Shown: positions 32,990-36,255 of the stretch, piece by piece
Layout of the letters: every line of letters starts with the position of its first letter
How positions within the stretch are numbered: position 1 is the stretch's first letter
Source: an uncultured Acetatifactor sp.
Lineage (GTDB): Bacteria; Bacillota; Clostridia; Lachnospirales; Lachnospiraceae
Assembly (NCBI GenBank): GCA_964403845.1
Contig: CAYOHU010000001.1
Span: forward strand, 1-36,255
Direction of reading: 5' to 3'
Length of the DNA stretch: 36,255 bases
Notes under the pieces: generated by a model
Seen by the model: only the letters and a program-made list of their open reading frames with translations
Told to the model about the DNA's origin: nothing
Databases searched by the model: none
Translations under genes and position numbers: made by a program

Positions 32990-35632
32990 ATGAAAAAATT
33001 ATGGAAGCATACCAAAAGAACCACGGAGGAGTGGGAACAATATGATGATAACAATTATGACTGGGACGAACCGGGGGACTATGAGACGGAGGAGTCTGAG
33101 TCCTATGAGGATGGCGGATATGATGCCGCAGAGATAGAAGAAGAGTTTTACGCTGAGGACGGGGGAGAGTATTACGAGGAGACTCCGGAGGAGGCAGAGT
33201 ACTACGCTGAGGACGGGGGAGAGTATTACGAAGAGGCTCCGGAGGAGGCAGAGTACTACGCTGAGGACGGGGGAGAGTATTACGAGGAGGCTCCGGAGGA
33301 GGCAGAGTACTACGCTGAGGATGAGGGAGAATATTATGAAGAACCTCACGTTCCGGTTCGAGCAGTGAGGACGAAGAATAAATTTCCGGAAATGGAGATC
33401 ATGGACCGTGTGATCACCATAACGGGTATTGTGGTTTTGCTTTTGGCACTGGTGATTGGAGGAATCTATATAGGAAACAGAGTCATGGGAGACCGGACAG
33501 CTTTGACGGCAAATGTGGGAAGCCAGCTGGAGGGGATTGAACTCATCGGTGAAAAAGGTCTTGTGGCAGTGGCGGATGCAGAGCTTGCGCGGCAGGCGGC
33601 AGCGGAGCTTGTTGAGGAAGAAAAGAAAAAAGAAGAGCAGCAGAAGAAGGATTATGATGAGGAAGAGTATTCCAATGCGGTTACCGTCAAGCTGAATATG
33701 ACCTCTGTCAAGAAGGATCTGAAGATTAAATTTATCAATAAAAAGACAGGTAAATTAATCGGTAACGTTCCGTTCTCCGTAACCGTTACCCAGCCTGACG
33801 GTAAGAGTGTGACATGGTCGGATGACGATAAGGATGGTATTATTTATTATAAGGATATCGAGGCCGGAACCTATAAGGTGCTGGTAAATGAACTGACGGA
33901 TGAAAGGTATGCGGATTATTCAGTACCTGCGGGAGCACAGTCCGTGGAGGTTAAGAAGGACATCGCCTACGAAAAGGTGGATGTCAGCGCGGAGGTTAAG
34001 ACCGAGGACGAAATTGATGTATCAAAGGAGGACACTCAGATTAACGAGACCGTGGTAGAGTCAACCCTGCAGGATACGGTTATCTGGGTGGAGAGTACGG
34101 CAGTAGCGGAGACATACACAGAGATTCCCAAAAGCAAGATTCCCGATCCTATGACATTGGCGATGAGCAAGCGTTTCCTGCGTACTGCGGCTGTATTGCC
34201 TGCTGTCAGTGACGGTGATGCGGAGAATGTAGCGTTTACTGCTGAAATCACACCCGCAGAGACTGCTCTTGCAATCGGTGATACGGTACAGGCAAAGGCT
34301 ATTGCAACCGGCGCTACTCCGGGAAAAACATTGCAATATAGTGTGGTTTCTAACAATGCGGCGGTGGCAACAGCGGTGGTAGATCAGCTGGGTAATCTCA
34401 CTGTAACAGGTGTGGCAGCGGGAACTGCGACAGTGACTGTTACTGTGAATTATGCTGAGGGAGTCAGTATGCCGGTCACGGCAGAATGTAAGGTGACGGT
34501 AATGGATAAGCCGGTGGTTACTCTGGAGGAAACGACCGCAACCGTGTATCTGACAGAGCCTATTACCATCATTGCCAAGGTAGTGAATGCACTGACGGAG
34601 ACCGCTGTTACGGCAGAGTCCTCCAATACCGGTGTGGCTACGGTTGAGGTGAAGGACAAGGCAGTGACAATCACCGGTGTGGCTACGGGTGATGCGGTCA
34701 TTACAGTCAAGTATGTTGAGAATGAGCAGGAGTCAATTGCTGTTTGTGCCGTGAAGGTGCTGATTCATCCCAAAGATAATAAGACGGATGTGCTGAAGGA
34801 TTCGGACGGGAATCAGCTGTATGTACAGGAGAATGAGAAATATCGCGAGGCAGTATATGCGGATTATTATACAGCGGTCAAATTCTTTATCAAGGGTGAT
34901 GTGAAATACACCGGCTGGCAGACAATTAACGGAAATGTGTATTATTTTACGGCAGCAGGTGAGAAGGTAACTGGAGAACAGGTGATTCAAGGGGCAAAGT
35001 ATAATTTTGCCAGCGACGGAAGCCTGATTACCGGTTCGGGCACGCTGGGTATTGATGTTTCCAAGTGGAACGGGTCAATCGACTGGAATGCCGTAAAGAA
35101 TTCCGGAGTATCCTACGTGATCATCCGTTGTGGGTACAGGGGTTCCTCTCAGGGTATGCTGGTGGAGGATAAGATGTTCAAAACCAATATTAAGGGAGCA
35201 TTGGATGCCGGCCTGAAGGTTGGAGTGTACTTCTTCACACAGGCAACGGATGAAATCGAAGCGGTTGAGGAGGCATCCTTTGTACTGGAGCAGATAAAGG
35301 ATTATAAGATTTCCTATCCGGTATTTCTGGATGTGGAGTCCGGCGGCGGACGCGGAGATAAGATTGACAAGACCACAAGAACCGCTGTCTGTAAGGCCTT
35401 CTGTGAGACCATTCAGAGATCCGGATACACTGCAGGTATCTATGCGAATAAGACATGGCTGAATGAGAAGCTTGACTCCGGTTCCCTGAGTGCATACAAG
35501 ATCTGGCTTGCACAATATGCGGCTACTCCCACCTATACCGGAAGATATGATTTGTGGCAGTATACAAGCACGGGAAAGATCAGCGGGATTCAGGGAAATG
35601 TGGATCTGAACCTGAGCTATCTGGGGTACTAG
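32990..35632 (+). CDS. Membrane-anchored GH25 muramidase (lysozyme) with Ig-like domains, a cell-wall-binding-type repeat and acidic N-terminal repeats
   Basis: GIDVSKWNG, IIRCGYRG, GVYFF, FLDVE (DxE), WLAQY, WQYTS, VDLN. Two Big_2-like units (SNNAAVATA / SSNTGVATV), TGWQTINGNVYYF, TM at about aa 142-162. Confidence 0.9.
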   Translation: MKKLWKHTKRTTEEWEQYDDNNYDWDEPGDYETEESESYEDGGYDAAEIEEEFYAEDGGEYYEETPEEAEYYAEDGGEYYEEAPEEAEYYAEDGGEYYEEAPEEAEYYAEDEGEYYEEPHVPVRAVRTKNKFPEMEIMDRVITITGIVVLLLALVIGGIYIGNRVMGDRTALTANVGSQLEGIELIGEKGLVAVADAELARQAAAELVEEEKKKEEQQKKDYDEEEYSNAVTVKLNMTSVKKDLKIKFINKKTGKLIGNVPFSVTVTQPDGKSVTWSDDDKDGIIYYKDIEAGTYKVLVNELTDERYADYSVPAGAQSVEVKKDIAYEKVDVSAEVKTEDEIDVSKEDTQINETVVESTLQDTVIWVESTAVAETYTEIPKSKIPDPMTLAMSKRFLRTAAVLPAVSDGDAENVAFTAEITPAETALAIGDTVQAKAIATGATPGKTLQYSVVSNNAAVATAVVDQLGNLTVTGVAAGTATVTVTVNYAEGVSMPVTAECKVTVMDKPVVTLEETTATVYLTEPITIIAKVVNALTETAVTAESSNTGVATVEVKDKAVTITGVATGDAVITVKYVENEQESIAVCAVKVLIHPKDNKTDVLKDSDGNQLYVQENEKYREAVYADYYTAVKFFIKGDVKYTGWQTINGNVYYFTAAGEKVTGEQVIQGAKYNFASDGSLITGSGTLGIDVSKWNGSIDWNAVKNSGVSYVIIRCGYRGSSQGMLVEDKMFKTNIKGALDAGLKVGVYFFTQATDEIEAVEEASFVLEQIKDYKISYPVFLDVESGGGRGDKIDKTTRTAVCKAFCETIQRSGYTAGIYANKTWLNEKLDSGSLSAYKIWLAQYAATPTYTGRYDLWQYTSTGKISGIQGNVDLNLSYLGY
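33149..33343 (+). repeat. 54-bp coding tandem repeat (YAEDGGEYYEE[T/A]PEEAEY), ~3.6 copies
   Basis: Units start at 33149, 33203, 33257 and 33311 (partial); nearly identical at the DNA level. Confidence 0.92.
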
Positions 35633-35773
35633 CGCACCGGTGTCTGAACCGTTGCGTTCCTATGGTGTCCCTGTGAAAAAAAAGATATAGCCAGCAATGT
35701 ACAGATTATGGTATACTAACCATAAGTATGGAATGATATGGAAACGGTATTTTAAGAATAATGGAGGGAAAAT

Positions 35774-36255
35774 ATGAGAACTTATTTAGTGACGGGAGGA
35801 GCAGGCTTCATCGGCTCCAACTACATTCATTACATGTTTAAGAAATACGACAATGAAATCCGCATTATCAACGTTGATGCCCTGACCTATGCAGGTAATC
35901 TGGAGAATTTAAAGGATATTGAGGACAGAGAGAATTATACCTTTGTGAAGGCTGACATCTGCGATAAGGAAGCCATCAGCAAAATCTTTGCAGAGAATGA
36001 TATCGACAGAGTGGTTCATTTCGCTGCAGAGAGCCATGTGGACAGAAGTATCCGCAATCCTGAGGTGTTTGTACAGACGAATGTGCTGGGCACTGCGGTA
36101 ATGCTTAACTGCGCCAAGGCAGCCTGGGAGCTTCCTGACGGAACCTTTAAGGAGGGCAAAAAATTCCTTCATGTATCCACGGATGAGGTATACGGCTCTC
36201 TCCCGGATGACGATAATGCATTCTTCTATGAGACCACACCCTATGATCCCCACAG
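35774..36255 (+). CDS. rfbB: dTDP-glucose 4,6-dehydratase, 5' part (runs off the window)
   Basis: Not in the ORF track. RBS GGAGG; MRTYLVTGGAGFIGSNY, DALTYAGNLENL, HFAAESHVDRSI, HVSTDEVYGSL. Confidence 0.95.
   Translation, partial: MRTYLVTGGAGFIGSNYIHYMFKKYDNEIRIINVDALTYAGNLENLKDIEDRENYTFVKADICDKEAISKIFAENDIDRVVHFAAESHVDRSIRNPEVFVQTNVLGTAVMLNCAKAAWELPDGTFKEGKKFLHVSTDEVYGSLPDDDNAFFYETTPYDPH

Noticed and set aside
33149-33343. CRISPR array
   Set aside because: Repeats are head-to-tail with no unique spacers, in frame inside a CDS, and no cas genes are present.
32990-35632. Prophage endolysin or phage serotype-conversion (gtr) cassette
   Set aside because: No integrase, holin or structural genes. 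The GH25 is a large membrane-anchored protein in a chromosomal glycan locus with housekeeping glmMS.
35909-36253. 114-aa minus-strand ORF at the window end
   Set aside because: It is antisense to the clear rfbB reading frame starting at 35774.

Overview
This 36 kb window is from a Firmicute; gene families and SigA promoters/RBSs suggest Lachnospiraceae-like Clostridia (inference). It is almost entirely cell-envelope glycobiology. The left end holds the tail of a polysaccharide operon: an FnlC-like epimerase, a Wzz/Wzc-like copolymerase with a degenerate kinase domain, a VanZ-like protein and manC. Next come a three-gene BlaI repressor / M56 zinc protease / small secreted peptide module, a PseC-like aminotransferase, glmM-glmS and a 70-bp MITE-like element. 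A ~21 kb array follows, encoding three GtrB/ArnC-type GT2 enzymes, nine polytopic membrane proteins (mostly GT-C-like: GtrII-like, DUF6020-like, DUF6077-like), a PseH-like GNAT, RffA and two intact SGNH proteins. A third, catalytically degenerate SGNH protein is transcribed divergently from a membrane-anchored GH25 muramidase with acidic Tyr-rich tandem repeats. The window ends in the 5' part of rfbB. The best candidates for undescribed biology are the BlaI-M56-peptide module and the large lipid-linked extracellular glycosylation array. Family calls come from motif recognition by eye; no database searches were run.
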